Source: the human T2T-CHM13v2.0 reference genome, Homo sapiens. From it: DNA of 64,000 bases. A program made the position numbers and the translations under genes. The stretch lies in NCBI RefSeq assembly GCF_009914755.1, contig NC_060934.1; one strand, written 5' to 3'. Under the pieces are notes generated by a model. The model made no database searches. It saw nothing but the letters and a program-made list of their open reading frames with translations, and was not told where the DNA came from. The stretch's first letter is position 1, and each line of letters starts with the position of its first letter. Below, one piece after another: positions 39,610 to 52,089 of this stretch.

Positions 39610-40652
39610 CGAGACGCGGCGGGGCGCAGGGAGGGGACAGCAGTGGGGGCGGGGCGGGGAGGAGGAAGGAGGAGGGGGCGGGGAGCAAAAGTTCACACCG
39701 CTCGGGGCTCAGCCGCTCCCCTATCTCTTCCCAGGCCCGCCCCCGCCATCCCCCTTCCCTGAACCGGGTCCCACGGGCTTAGGCGCGGGAGAGCTCTGGC
39801 CTCCCCGCCCGGAACCGCCGCAAGGCTAGAGCCAGGGTTCTGGAAGCGCATCCGAGCTCGCAACCGGGGAGAGAGTGGCGGATGCCCACTTACCTGCCCC
39901 GGGCCGCGCCTGGAAACTTCCCCAAAGTGCGATAGGGGTGTGGGGGCGGAGCGCAAGGCTGGGGGGAATCCCCGTCCCCTACCGCCAAACGACGCGCGCT
40001 CACACCGTGAAAGCACTGGTCTGTCCGTCGGTCGGTCCCCCGCCTGCGGCTCCCAGAGCTGGGCGGTGCAGGGGCGCCCCGATTCCGACTACTGGGCTCC
40101 TTCTCCCGGACAGCCCGCCGGTGCGTTCCACGCGGCTTGCGCCCCCCGCCGGCCTCCGGCTATCCACGGCGCCACCACGCCACTGCTCGGTCCCCTGTCC
40201 CCTCGCTCCGGCCGCGTCCTCTCTGCGAGGGAGGGGGCGTGTGTCGCCGCTGGGTAACCCTTCCCGCGGGGTCCTCAAGCGCGCAGGGCGCCCGGAGCGC
40301 GGCCAGGACCAATGGCGAAGGGACTCCTCCCGCTGGGGATCGCTGAAGCCTCGGGGAGGCCGGGCCAAGGAGCCCGGGGCCCAAACCTGCCTCGGCTCGT
40401 CGAGCTCGCAAGTTCATTGTCTGCCTGGGCCGCCGCCGCCACCGCCACCGCCACCACCGCGCCGGGAGCGCCGCGGGGAGTGAGGCTGCGCGCCGCCTCC
40501 GCCGGCCCGGACTCCCTACGCCCAGCCCCGGCCGCCGCCGGCGCTGCCTGGCCCGAACCCGCGGAGGGGCGCCGGAGCCCCGAGCCCAGGGCCAGACCTC
40601 CTACCGCCGCTCCTCGCCGACCCCACCTCGGCGTCTGGCACCTAACTTGTAC

Positions 40653-40782
40653 CTGAGAAGCCTGAGTCCAGCCCGGGAGCCTCTGCGGCTCCGGCTCCGC
40701 GGGAGCGCGCCCAGCCCCGAGCCTCTAGCCCCGCATCCAGGGCGCGTCAACCTGACTCCCCGAGCGCTGGGAGGAAAAGTTT
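40653..40782 (-). other. CHST15: Non-coding alternative first exon (5'UTR), distal; the 5' end is approximate
   Basis: Minus strand ...GGCTGGACTCAGGCTTCTCAG|GTACAA, with a donor after 40653 and a CRE-like motif just upstream. It lies ~1.2 kb from the proximal exon, consistent with my recollection of two CHST15 transcript starts. Confidence 0.6.
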
Positions 40783-40990
40783 GGGAGTGACGTGCAGACG
40801 GCGAATGAAACATCCGAGGAGAACCCTCCCCCCGCCCCATGTCGCGCTGACACACATCAGCTCCAGTCTGGAATGTGAGATCAAGGCGTGTGCGCCGAGC
40901 GGTGGGTTTGGCCCCTGCCCCCTCCCCCTCCGAGTCAACACTGCTTGTGTGTTGCGGTGATTCCAAATAAAAGCACATCGAAACCCCTGA

Positions 40991-41348
<358 letters not shown>

Positions 41349-43008
41349 GCCAGAGACATCTTTAAGGAACTTGGCGGTCTGGAGCCAGCCCGTACATTAA
41401 TATTCAAGGCCACAGCGCTGGTGAGTTCGGCGCCCTCTGTTGTATTTTTGCATCCCGGGAAGGCTGGCCCGGCTCTTTGGCCCGGCGTGTTTTGCTTCCG
41501 CGGGGGAGGTAAAGCTCTGCAGGACCCCGATCGCCACGGCCTGCCGCAGTGGCCTGGAGTCGGCTGCCCCAGGGAACCACCTGGACAGCCCGAGGGCAAG
41601 AAAGCGGCACCAGTGGCCGACTCCACTGACTCTGGGCTGAAGATGCCATCAGTTAAAGAAAAGACACATGAAATTCTGGCAGATTCGCTCAGAGGGCGCT
41701 TGGAGCACCAAGCCCAGCCTCTTAGGAAACTGAGGTCCAAGGGACAAAAAGAATCTGCAGTCTCTTGCCGGCCTGTGTCCCCGTGGCCAGAGTCCAGCAC
41801 CCTCTTCCTCGAAGCAACCAGAAGTGGAAATGAAAGTGCTCCGTTAACTGTAGACTACATGCCACCGAAGGGTCATTCCTGACAGTGGCTTCTCCCCATT
41901 ATCTCTTTATTGCCGGAGGCTTCATCTCGCCCCCCTGAAGCTACAGTCCACCCTGAGGTCATAAACTTCTGCTCAGCACCCATGGCAACTAATGCAGAGG
42001 TCACCATCAGAGGATTATAACTGCAGATGGGAAACCGGGATGAGAGGGGAGTTCTTTAAAATCCTGTCTTGTTTTCCTGCAAATAATGCCTCTTACATAA
42101 AATCTGCGAAGAAAGATGAATGCAGCAAAGAGACTTGCCTTAGAATCTCAGACTAGATTGCTTTTTCCATATAGACTCCACTTAGTGATTTTTGTTCTTT
42201 ATTTTTTTTTTAAACAAAAACCTATTTCTGAAAATACAACGAGCTGCTTTTTGCAGGGTTCACAATTCCCAATAGATGATGATGCCATTTTTCAAGGTCT
42301 CACACACGTTGTGGCTTTGGGGCTTATTTATTAGCTCCCAAGAAAAGCCTGCCTTTCAGTGAGGTTTATATACTCGAGTAATTGCATCAGGGGACACAGA
42401 GCAGGTTGCTGTTAAAGAGGGTTGGTTGTACATGCGTCTGCAAGGAAGGCCCTGGGCCAGGCAGCTGTCAGACCAGTGTGCAACGGGTTTAAACAAACAC
42501 AGGGAAGGGTCTGTGGAAACAGCAAGGAGGAAATCCCCTTCTGTAAGGGTGTGTGGAACATTATTCCAGGGCCACACATACTGCCAGGGAATAATGCCTT
42601 TCCTCTCCTCCCTCCAAGTAAACACATAACTCCGTTATGGAGATGGCGCTGGGCCCACCCAGATCACTTTCAAATTCAGGTGTCAGAAACCACGGTTGAC
42701 ATGGAGCAAAATTGTTTTTAAGTAAAAATCACGGTGCCGCTTTGATATGAATTCCACCAGGGACTTTCCAAAGGTATTTATACACGTGCCTGAGATTAAC
42801 TAGAAGGTGATTTTTTTCCTTTCAACCTTAATTTCAAAAAATTACCCAAGAATTGCACTTGAGCCTCTTACTGCAGAGAATTGAAAGAACACCCAAATGC
42901 CAGGTCCCTGTGGATGGGTGGAAGGATAGACAAATAAATGTGTAACTGCAAGAGAGGTTGATACCAACATGGTATTAGCAAGTCACGGCTGAAAAAAATG
43001 CAGATACT

Positions 43009-43270
43009 GGCCAAGCACGGTAGCTCACGCCTGTAATCACAACACTTTGGGAGGCCGAGGCGGGTGGATCACTTAAGGTCAGGAGTTCGAGACAAGCCTG
43101 GCCAACATGGTGAAACCCCGTCTCCACTAAAAATACAAAAATTAGCTAGGCGTGGTGGCGCAAGCCCGTAGATTCCCGGGAGGCAGAGGTTGCAGTGAGC
43201 CGAGATCACACCACTGCACCCCAGCCTGGGTGACAGAGTGAGACACCCTCTCAAAAAAAGAAAAAAGAAA
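43009..43270 (+). mobile_element. AluS with a ~40-bp right-arm internal deletion
   Basis: Lacks AGCTACTCGGGAGGCTGAGGCAGGAGAATCGCTTGAACCC. TSD AAAAAAATGCAGATACT on both sides. Confidence 0.95.
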
Positions 43271-43454
43271 AAAAAATGCAGATACTTTCAGAAAATAAAT
43301 CCCCGCTTCCCGTGTGTGCACTCTAGGCCCCCACAACTGTGGATTTAAATTGCCTGGGTTCAAATTCTACTTCTGCCACCCACTAGCTGAGCAACCCTGG
43401 GCAAGTCACTTCTTTCCATGCCTCAGTTTGAGGCTTCTGGTAGCACCTACGAGC

Positions 43455-43910
43455 AGTCAATTGAGCTGTTGATCCCAACTCCTCGCTCTCCCGTGGTGGT
43501 TATCACACGTCTGCATCCTTGTCACAGCCTTCCAGTGCAGGGACTGTACTTCCCCATTCCTTGACTTTGGACTTGCTTTAGACAATGAGATAATGGGGAA
43601 TATAACTGGATCAGAGGCTTGGAATGTGCTTGCAGGGCCAGACCTGCTTTCCTCTGCTCTGGTGGTCCACCATGAGACGAACATGTTGCTGCCTCTTCCA
43701 GAGAGGCTTCAGAATGAACACACAAGGAAGAAACCTGAACTTGATTCGCTGTCTGGAGCCATGTCACTCCACATACAGCAGGACTCAGAGCTGCTTTAGG
43801 CAACCTACAGAACATGAGCAAGGCAGGGAAAATGCTTATTGTTGCAAGCCACTGAATGTTGCAAAGTGTTTTGTTACACAGCATTGTTGTGGCTGTAGCT
43901 GGCTGATACA
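43455..43910 (+). mobile_element. MLT1I/J-like LTR
   Basis: Ends AATGCTTATTGTTGCAAGCCACTGA...TTGTTACACAGCATTGTTGTGGCTGTAGCTGGCTGATACA. Confidence 0.8.
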
Positions 43911-44194
43911 TGGCCTCAGTGGGCTAGTGTCAAGACTGAAGACAAAGTATTTTAAAAATACTCAGCACAATTCCTGGGACACAGTAAGAGTTGAAAATAG
44001 TAGTTCTTATTAGTAATCATTATTATTGCAAGTAGTTTTACCCATGATAGTCACATAATTGAATGTTTGTTAACATGCAATTACATAATGAGGTTGAATC
44101 CATGAATAAGTATAACTTGAATAAAGATTCTGTAAGAGATGCTACAAGGACACCAGCAACCTGGAATGTCAGGGACTTGCCACAATCCTTAAAA

Positions 44195-44340
44195 TCACAT
44201 TCACTCACTCACTCATTCATTCATTCATTCAGCAGACACTCTCTGAACACCTGCTGTGTGCCACTCACAGGGCTGAATGTGGGAACCACTAAGGTCACTA
44301 AGACTCAGCCCCCTCCTGAAGAAAGGGACCTTCAAAGTCC
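44195..44340 (-). mobile_element. L2 3' end with (TCAT)n tail
   Basis: CATTCACTCACTCACTCATTCATTCATTCATTCAGC...TGAACACCTGCTGTGTGCC. Confidence 0.7.
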
Positions 44341-46079
44341 CACCTTGTGACAAGCACTGTGCTAAGCACTTTCCCATGCCTATGAGGCCAGTATTACTTA
44401 TCCCTATTTTTCAGGCCAGGAGACTGAGGCTTACAAACCAAACACTCAAAGACAAAAGGCCATGCCTATTCCATGAGTGTGCACCAGTGCCCATGAATTC
44501 AAATTCATAGTGGGCAGACCCATTAGGGAAGCGCTGTGGGGCAGGGCAAAGAACGGACACACCTTGTCACTCTCTGCCTCCTGCATGCTAGGAGGGGCTC
44601 AGTAAACACTGAGGCTCAGGAGCCCCAGGTCCTGCTCCTGCCACTGAAAAGGGCTGCACCTGGGTGTGAGGGAGCCCTTGGGGTCATTGCGGAGGACTTC
44701 AAATTCATTTTGGCAGCCTTGGCTTCAGATTTCTGCCACCTCTGCCACCAGTAACGACCTGCCTCCCACTCTGTGACTTTGACAAATTTAGACTGCTCAG
44801 TAACCTGAAGTGCATTTCAATTTCATAAATTTAGCAATGCTCTGGTTAGGCGGCTCCCTTCTGCAGTAATGCATCCATTAAGTGCACTTTAAGCCCATTT
44901 TGGTATGCTAACCCATCACAAATCCACGTGAAATTTGGGTTCTTGTGAAAATTTCCTACACCCCATCCAAAACCTCTACCGGATTTAGGACAATAACAAC
45001 TAGTGGTTCCTTAGAACAGCAGACTTCGGCTCTGCATCAAACCTTCAGTGAAAAAAGGAATGGGGCTTGTTTTAAACCAATGTCCAGACTTGTATATTCA
45101 CGAGCGCCGTCTGCTCTTACAGGGTCCCCCTGAGGGGCGGTTCGCTTGTTCCAAAAGTGCTGCTGCAGCTTTAAGATTTCAGAACTCTATTCCAGAGGAA
45201 CGGAGTCCTGTATGTCTCTGCATGCCCCTCCCCTAGCTCAGAGCCTGTAAATGTTTACGAATGACCCAGTTGGAATCACCTGGCTTGATTAGCACTTACT
45301 CATCCGTCAGACTTCGTTAGCTTCATATGATTTTCACTATGTCCTGATGAAGACTGGGGATCCTAAAATACAGGCAGAAGCCTCCGAAGGAAAATCAGAT
45401 GCAGACCCCCAGTGCCTCCAGGGATGACCACATCATCATAATGGTGCAACCTCTTTATCCTACAGCCTCTGAGGCCGGAAGGAATACGCAGCCAGTAATT
45501 GACAATACAAAGAACCTACAGGTGATAAAAGAGACATAATGTCATTGTTATCACCACGTAAGACTCTGTTGCTACCAACTGTTGAAGGACAGCACCTATT
45601 AAGTAGATGTTTTTAGCTGCATAATAGACATTTCGCCAATAAGATAAAGTTTACAGCTGGTAGCGTTCTCACTTACTTGCTTCTGTCATAAGATCTACAA
45701 CCCATTCAACAGCAAAAATGAGCTGTTGACTTGGTAAATTTAGAGCAGCGTCGCCTGCCCTAGATGTGAAATACCTCAGCCTTCTAAATAAATTTCATCT
45801 TCCTGGTTGAGCATTTAATGCAGTGAAATGTTACAAAGCGGTGCTTAGGAGGATAATAGAAATGAACACCCACAGGCAGACGCGGCGAGCAGTGCATCAC
45901 GACGGGCACTCCTCCCTAGCCCAGCTTTGCTGCCAGCTCCAACCCAGACCTGCTTCACCCCCACCACCCCGGGCTCTGTGAGTGTCCACTGTGCACCTTC
46001 TCAGGTGGCGCCTGTGGGAGAAGTCTCCATGACATCTTTACTGCTGCTCCTTTACCCCAGTTCAGTGAGCCACCGTCCT

Positions 46080-46270
46080 CTTCCCAAGCCTGGCTCATCT
46101 TGGAAGTACCCGGACAGTTTTCAAAATGCAGATGCCTAGGCCCCAGTACCAGAGATTCTATTACAGTGGGGTGGGGCCAGTCATCTGAATCAGAGTGTCT
46201 GGGGTGGCACCTGGGCACCTGTGGATTTAACAAGCTCCCTCAGCGCGCATTGACCTTTGAGAGCTGCTGG
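46080..46270. mobile_element. MER5-like (hAT-Charlie) relic
   Basis: AAAATGCAGATGCCTAGGCCCCA...CTGAATCAGAGTGTCTGGGGTGG...TTAACAAGCTCCC...TTTGAGAGCTGCTG. Confidence 0.7.
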
Positions 46271-47614
46271 TTTGGACCGGTCTCGTGTATCCCTCGGTGC
46301 TGTCACAATAGCCTCTTCCTGCTACTTTCCCTGCCTCCTCTCCCGACATCTGCTAACTGGTTCTTTCTACTTACACAGCCTGGGTCTTTCCAAAACACAG
46401 ATCTGATCCTGTCAGCCCCATGACTAAACACCTTTGATGCCCATCCTTAGCGCCTCCCCTGCACCAACAAGGTTAGCCAGGTCCGAGTCCACATTGCCAG
46501 GCTGTGCAGCTGTGGTCCTGCCTCTTCCCTGGGCCCGTCTCCCTCCCTGGCTCCTGGACACCCATCAGCTCCATCCACATGGCTTCCCAAAGTGGCTCAG
46601 GGGCAATAGACAGAGTGGTTCTGAAAAGATGAGTCCTGTGACAATGCCACCACAGAACACTGGTGTCTGCTTCCAGGGACTCCCTGCTCTTAGATGGGGG
46701 TTGGCTCTTAGGAGTTGCTTAGACAAAATTGAAGCCTGCTGTGGGTATGGCTGTGGGTGTGGGTGAGAGCTGGGGGCGGGGAGTGGTGTGAGCACCTGTT
46801 CAGGGGTGTGCCCCACCCCCACCAGACCCGTGCTAGGCTCACCTGAGCACTTGGGACATGGGCTGCAAGCACCCAGACTCCAGATCTGACCTCAGCTCCG
46901 ACCTCAGCTCCACTCCTCCTTTGCTGTGACCCCCTCTGAGCCTCACATCCGTCCCCGTGACATGAAATGTGGAAGAGGATTCTCTTCTGGGACTGTCCCC
47001 TGTCAAGGGTCACCCAAAATCGGTATCACTCATTGTGAGAAGTGAACAGAAAGGGATTTCCTCCCTCTCTGAATCGACCTTCTGTTGCTGAGTAAGAAAT
47101 TACCAGAACTTCATGACTTAAAGCAACATCCTTTTTTTTTTTAATCTCACAGCCTGTAGACCAGAATTCTGGTGGAGTCTCTGCTCTGGGTCTCACAAGA
47201 ATGAAGGGAAGGTGTCGGTCAGGCTAGGCTCAAACCTACCGGTCCTGGGGAGGGATCCAAGTCTTAGCTGCTGATAAAACTAAGGTCCCCATTTCCTTGC
47301 TGGGTGCCAACATAGGTGCACTCTCTATGCTTAGAGGCCACCCCCATTCCTTCTATGTGGCCCTCTCCACCTTCCAAACAGCAACAGCATTTCAAGTCTT
47401 TCTCACTCTTCAGACCCCTCTGCCCTCCTTTTCTGCCAGCTTTTAAGGGCTCATGTGATTCCATTAAGCCCACCGAGGATAATTCGAAAATAACCCCCTC
47501 TGCTAAAGTCAACTGATTAGTAACCTTAATTACATTTGTAGAGTCTCGTTTCTTACGTAACCCAACATATTCACGAGCATGACACCAGGGCACAGGTAAA
47601 GGTGATGGGGGAAA

Positions 47615-48420
47615 AGGTCACAATTCTCCAGAGAAACAGAACCAATAAGGATGTATGTGTAAATGCACACATGTAGGTATTTGTGCACTATAAGAAACTG
47701 GCTCACATGATCATAAAAGCTAAGGAGTCCTGGCCCACAAGTCTCTGCCTGAGTCCGACTCTGAAGGCAGGAGGGGGCCGGCATCCCAGGTGAAAGACAG
47801 TGGGGCAGAGAGAGAGAGGACTCTTTCTTACTCAGCCCTATGTTCTATTAAGGCCCTTATTGAATTAGAGGAGACCCGCCCTCCCTGGGGAGGGCAGTCT
47901 GCTTTGCTCCGTCTACCAATGCAAATATTAATTTCATCCCAAAACACTCTGATGTGGTTTGGCTGTGTCCCTACACAAATCTCATCTTGAATTGTAGTTC
48001 CCATAATCCCCATGTGTTGTGGGAGGAACCTGGTGGGAGGTGATTGAATCACAGGGGCCGTTACCCTGGTACTGTTCTCATGATAGTGAGTGAGTTCTCA
48101 TGAAATCTGATGGTTTTATAAGGGGCTTTCCCCCAACCTTCACTCAGCATTTCTCCTTTTTGTCACCATGTGAAGAAGGGCATGTTTGCTTCCCCTTCCA
48201 CCATGATTGTAAGTTTCCTGAGGCCTCCCCAGCCATGCTGAACTGTGAGTCCATTAAACCTTTTTTCTTTTTAGATTACCCGGTCTCTGGTAATGTCTTT
48301 ATTAGCAGCGTGAGAATGGACTAATACATACCCCAACAGACAGGCCCAGAAAAAAATGTTTGACCAGATATCTGGGCACCCCATGGCCCAGCCAAGTTGA
48401 CACAAAAATTAACCATCCCA
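47615..48420 (-). mobile_element. MLT2B-like (ERVL) LTR split by THE1D
   Basis: TTCTCCAGAGAAACAGAACCAATA...AAGAAACTGGCTCACATGAT...GGGCACCCCATGGCCCAGCCAAGTTGACACAAAAATTAACCATCCCA. Confidence 0.85.
47950..48328 (+). mobile_element. THE1D-type solo LTR
   Basis: TGATGTGGTTTGGCTGTGTCCC...CCATGATTGTAAGTTTCCTGAGGCC...GGACTAATACA. Confidence 0.9.
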
Positions 48421-51400
48421 GGGGTCATTTAAAATTCGGCCTACCTCACCCTTTGTGTTAGGAGTTCCAACCAGCTAGCTTGTCCCACTTCTTCAGGAAA
48501 TATTTTCTGAGCAGGCTCCAGGGACATCACACATGAGCCTCCAGGACTCCCACCCACCCTTGGGAGGCCCACGGTCTGAAAGGCTACAGACAGGGAAGAA
48601 CCAGGTGCCATGCGCACGTCAGGGCTGGGGCAGGTGGCTGCCCCCCATCAGGTGCAAGTTCTTGTGCACTCAGTGAGAAGCCAGCCCAGGCAAGTGTTCC
48701 CAGCCACATCACTCCAGGCCATGCTCAGGGATTTGCTTTACACAGGGACTCCCTGTGCAATGACTGACTCACCATGTTCTTTTGATATAGTCACACAGAA
48801 GCAGTTGACACTGAAATATACACAGGTGGAGTTCTATGGTGGCTGGGAGTTGCTTCAATAATGGGCTGTGGGATGAGCTGGGGGTGTCAAAAAATGAGAC
48901 CAGCCAAGGTCATTGAGGCTGGCTGGTGGCATGCTGGCATTCATCCCTATTTCTGGTCTATATTTGGAAACATTCATTAAAAAAGGTTTTTAAAAATGCA
49001 TTTTAAATGACAATTTTTGTCTTCATCACAAAGGAAAAACCACCATCATTTACCATAAAAAAAATCACAAAGTAAATACAATGAAAAGAAAACAAAGGTT
49101 ACTCAACTCCAGCTAGGTACTAATGAGTCCTTTTTCCTTGTTAACAGGAATATGAGTGAGTGCCAGAGTTTAGGGCCCAGGGTCCAGCAGGCTTTCTCAC
49201 AGGGATCAGTTTTTAAGAACATGCATCAGTTTTATTTTTATCTTTCTGATTTTAAGAAAGCTGATAACAAAATGCCCTTCTTAGTCTGTGGCCGTGCTGT
49301 CTTTAGTGCTAGATGTTTGCATCGCCTAGGATCCCCTGTGGTCTGGGTGAGCCCTGTCTGGGCACACTGCATGTGTGCAGGGGGAAGAGGAATGCAGGTG
49401 GGAGAGGGGCCAGAGGATGGAGAGAGCACCAGAAGCAGCCAGGGAGAATCTACTCCGGCAAGGGAAGCTTGGGCTCAGAGATGGCCTCTGAGGCCCCTCC
49501 TCCCACCTCAGGACTGGACCTTCTTCTCTGGGTCCCACTTGCAATCCCCCTGCCCTTAAGACTCAAGACCTGGAAGCACTGTTCATGCTCCCCACCCTCT
49601 GCCCCAAGCTTGCTCTGGGAAAGGGCCCAAGGGCCCTCCATACCCCGGTTCCAGCATCCAGTGAAAACCCTGCCCCTCCCGCCATCCCCAGGTCTAAGAG
49701 GGTACTACTTTGTTGTCTGCTAAGCCTCTTATGTCCTGAGCATTTGAGGAGGTTGAGGTGTCGTGTTCTGAGCCCAGACACAGCTCAGGGGCCTACACCT
49801 GTGGGCCACATCCCTGAAACCCTGAGGGAGGCCAGCTTCACGGCTGGTCCCTCCATCCAGAGTTGGGCTTTGGGCCTTCTGGTCCCTGGTGAAGCCAGCC
49901 CTCCTGGCCTCTTGGCCTCTCTGAGTCCAGGTCTCCAGCCCACCCCAGTCTCCAAGGACAGGGGCTGAGCAAGGATACAGCAAACTACTGGCTGTGCTGA
50001 AGCCACAGGGGAAGGATGGGAGTAGAAGCTGATCCCCCTCAAAGAGCACAGGGTCTAGGGGCAGTGAGTGTTCTTCTGACCTCACTGCAAGGGACAGGGC
50101 AAGAGAATGCTCATCCCACAGTGACCTTGTGCCCGGCACTATACTAGGGCATGCCTGTTAGCTCAGGCAAAGACACCGCAGCCTGCCACCTGCCCTGTTC
50201 TGGCTTCTCTTAGATAGTGTAGAGCATGGTTGGGCAGTCCTGACCTACCCAGGCGAGGGGGGCTGGGAAATGAATGAGAGGACCTGAGGTGGCCAACAGG
50301 GAACGGGTCTTCAGCACGGTGGAGCACACCAGCCCATCCAAGGAAGCAGCTATGTCTCAGCTCCCGCTGGATGGAGGACGGGAGTCTGAAATTTGAACAT
50401 TATTGTGAAATAGCCCAACTTAAAAAATAAATCTTGGATGGGCAACTAAATCAGAAAAAATAATTGTACAACACAGTGAGAACCAATGCCATCAGATTGC
50501 AGGAGAGTCCCACAGGCCATCACTTTGCAACCTCTGGGGTGATAAACACTAGCGGCTGAGTCTGTGGCTCTGCACCAATGGCTTCCAGGTGCTCCAGCTA
50601 AGCTGAGCCTGCAAGGGTTTGAGTAGGACTGAGAGGACACTGCCCCGTCTACAAGCTCATGCAGTTGGCAAAATGCACACAGCTTTGCAGGAGTTGGGAT
50701 GGGACTCATTGGCCCTTGAATCAGTGCCCTGTTCAGAGTACCATCCAACCCAGAAATGGGCCAGATGCTGTCTGAGAATCCCACCCCAGCAGACTAGGAC
50801 CAAACTGGAACCCAGGGGTCTCCTCCAGGATCCTAAGGGCCACCGGTCACCTTGCTCCAGATTTGCATGTTTTTGCTCCAGCAGCATATGCCCACAAGGA
50901 CTGCAAACATTTTCAGATGACAGTGTCACAATTACAATCCTTGGGGCGGTTTGCTATTTCCTGTTTTCTCCTTTTATTCCCAAGCCAGGCCAGGCTCTAT
51001 CACGGGAGGGGGTAGAGGGGTGATGGAGCTGAGACTAGGACAAAACAGAGGTGGAGCAGGGCCTACAGATGGGGCACAACTCACAGTGGACACCACATTT
51101 GATGGTGGACACCACCTTTGATGGTGTCCCTGCTGCCTGGGGCCACCTGCCTCTAAACATGGCATCACAATGACTTCTCGCTTTGGAACAGAGTTTGCAA
51201 AGGCTCCAAGGCTGGTGTTATATTGTCCCCTAATGTGGCCTTCAGGTCTCTCCTAGGAGAGCAGCTATAAGCTCTAGCCCTGCCCTGACAGCGCTGCAGG
51301 GGAGGTGGTTGTGTACCTTTCATGGGATGCTTCTTTGCCCTGGGGAACGGCTTGATTGAGGCCTAAGTGTCTGACCCATGACCAGGTGTCCCTGTCCTTT

Positions 51401-51507
51401 GTGCTGGCAGATGCCCTTGTGACTCTTGCCTGACTTGTGTCCAGTTTATTCCTACCAGGACAGCCACTCTCTAGGACAGCACTGAGCAAAAGGGAAGGTA
51501 GATTTGG

Positions 51508-52089
51508 GTGTGTCAGTCAAGTGAGACACAGAGGAGGTAACTCAGCAAAACACATGAAATAACAGAACCAGGTGTTATTACTTACAGGTCCCAGAGAGAA
51601 GAGGGCAGCATGCCTCAGGGCCAGCGGGCAGCAGGGAGCTGTCTGGGGCACACAGGCTCCACCAGCACGTCGGGAGCAGGGCGGGGGGGACCCATGGGCC
51701 AGAACCTTTACTGGGGTCCAGGGCCTTACCTAAGCAGGTTTCCCATGGGAGTTATAGCTGGTGGGTTTAGAGCAAGCAGGCACACGTTCCATGGGGTTGC
51801 TGTGGTAGAGAGGGGGTCGCTGCGGCATATCTGCTCAGTCCATGCAGTCTGGACGTCAGTGGGGTGAATCGAGTAGGCTGTACCCAGCTGTCCCATAGGT
51901 GGTGGGGGACATGGTCACCAGGAGGCCTGGTATAAGGCAGAGGTCTGGATCAAACACATTGAGGAACTGGGAGGAGCCAGAGAAGTGGAAACTGTCAGGT
52001 GGGTCCAAGCTCTACCTCTGGTCTGAGAAAGTTAAATTTATATTCAAAATGGATGCTGGGGCAACATAAAATTCTAAGAATTCAGTCCA
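51508..52089 (-). mobile_element. ERVL-class solo LTR (MER76-like)
   Basis: Ends ...TATATTCAAAATGGATGCTGGGGCAACATAAAATTCTAAGAATTCA and has typical LTR length. Subfamily from memory. Confidence 0.6.

Larger units (their letters stand above)
47070..48448 (-). mobile_element. MLT1D/E-like LTR (47070-47610 plus 48421-48448) split by MLT2
   Basis: TGTTGCTGAGTAAGAAATTACC...CTTAAAGCAACA...ATCTCACAG. The terminal piece GGGGTCATTTAAAATTCGGCCTACCTCA follows the MLT2. Confidence 0.7.

Noticed and set aside
38804-39829. 341-aa plus-strand ORF and other long overlapping ORFs in 39-41.9 kb
   Set aside because: Pro/Arg/Ala/Gly-rich low-complexity translations in several frames on both strands, as expected from stop-codon scarcity in a CpG island. 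There is no recognisable domain, and the 341-aa ORF has a non-ATG start.
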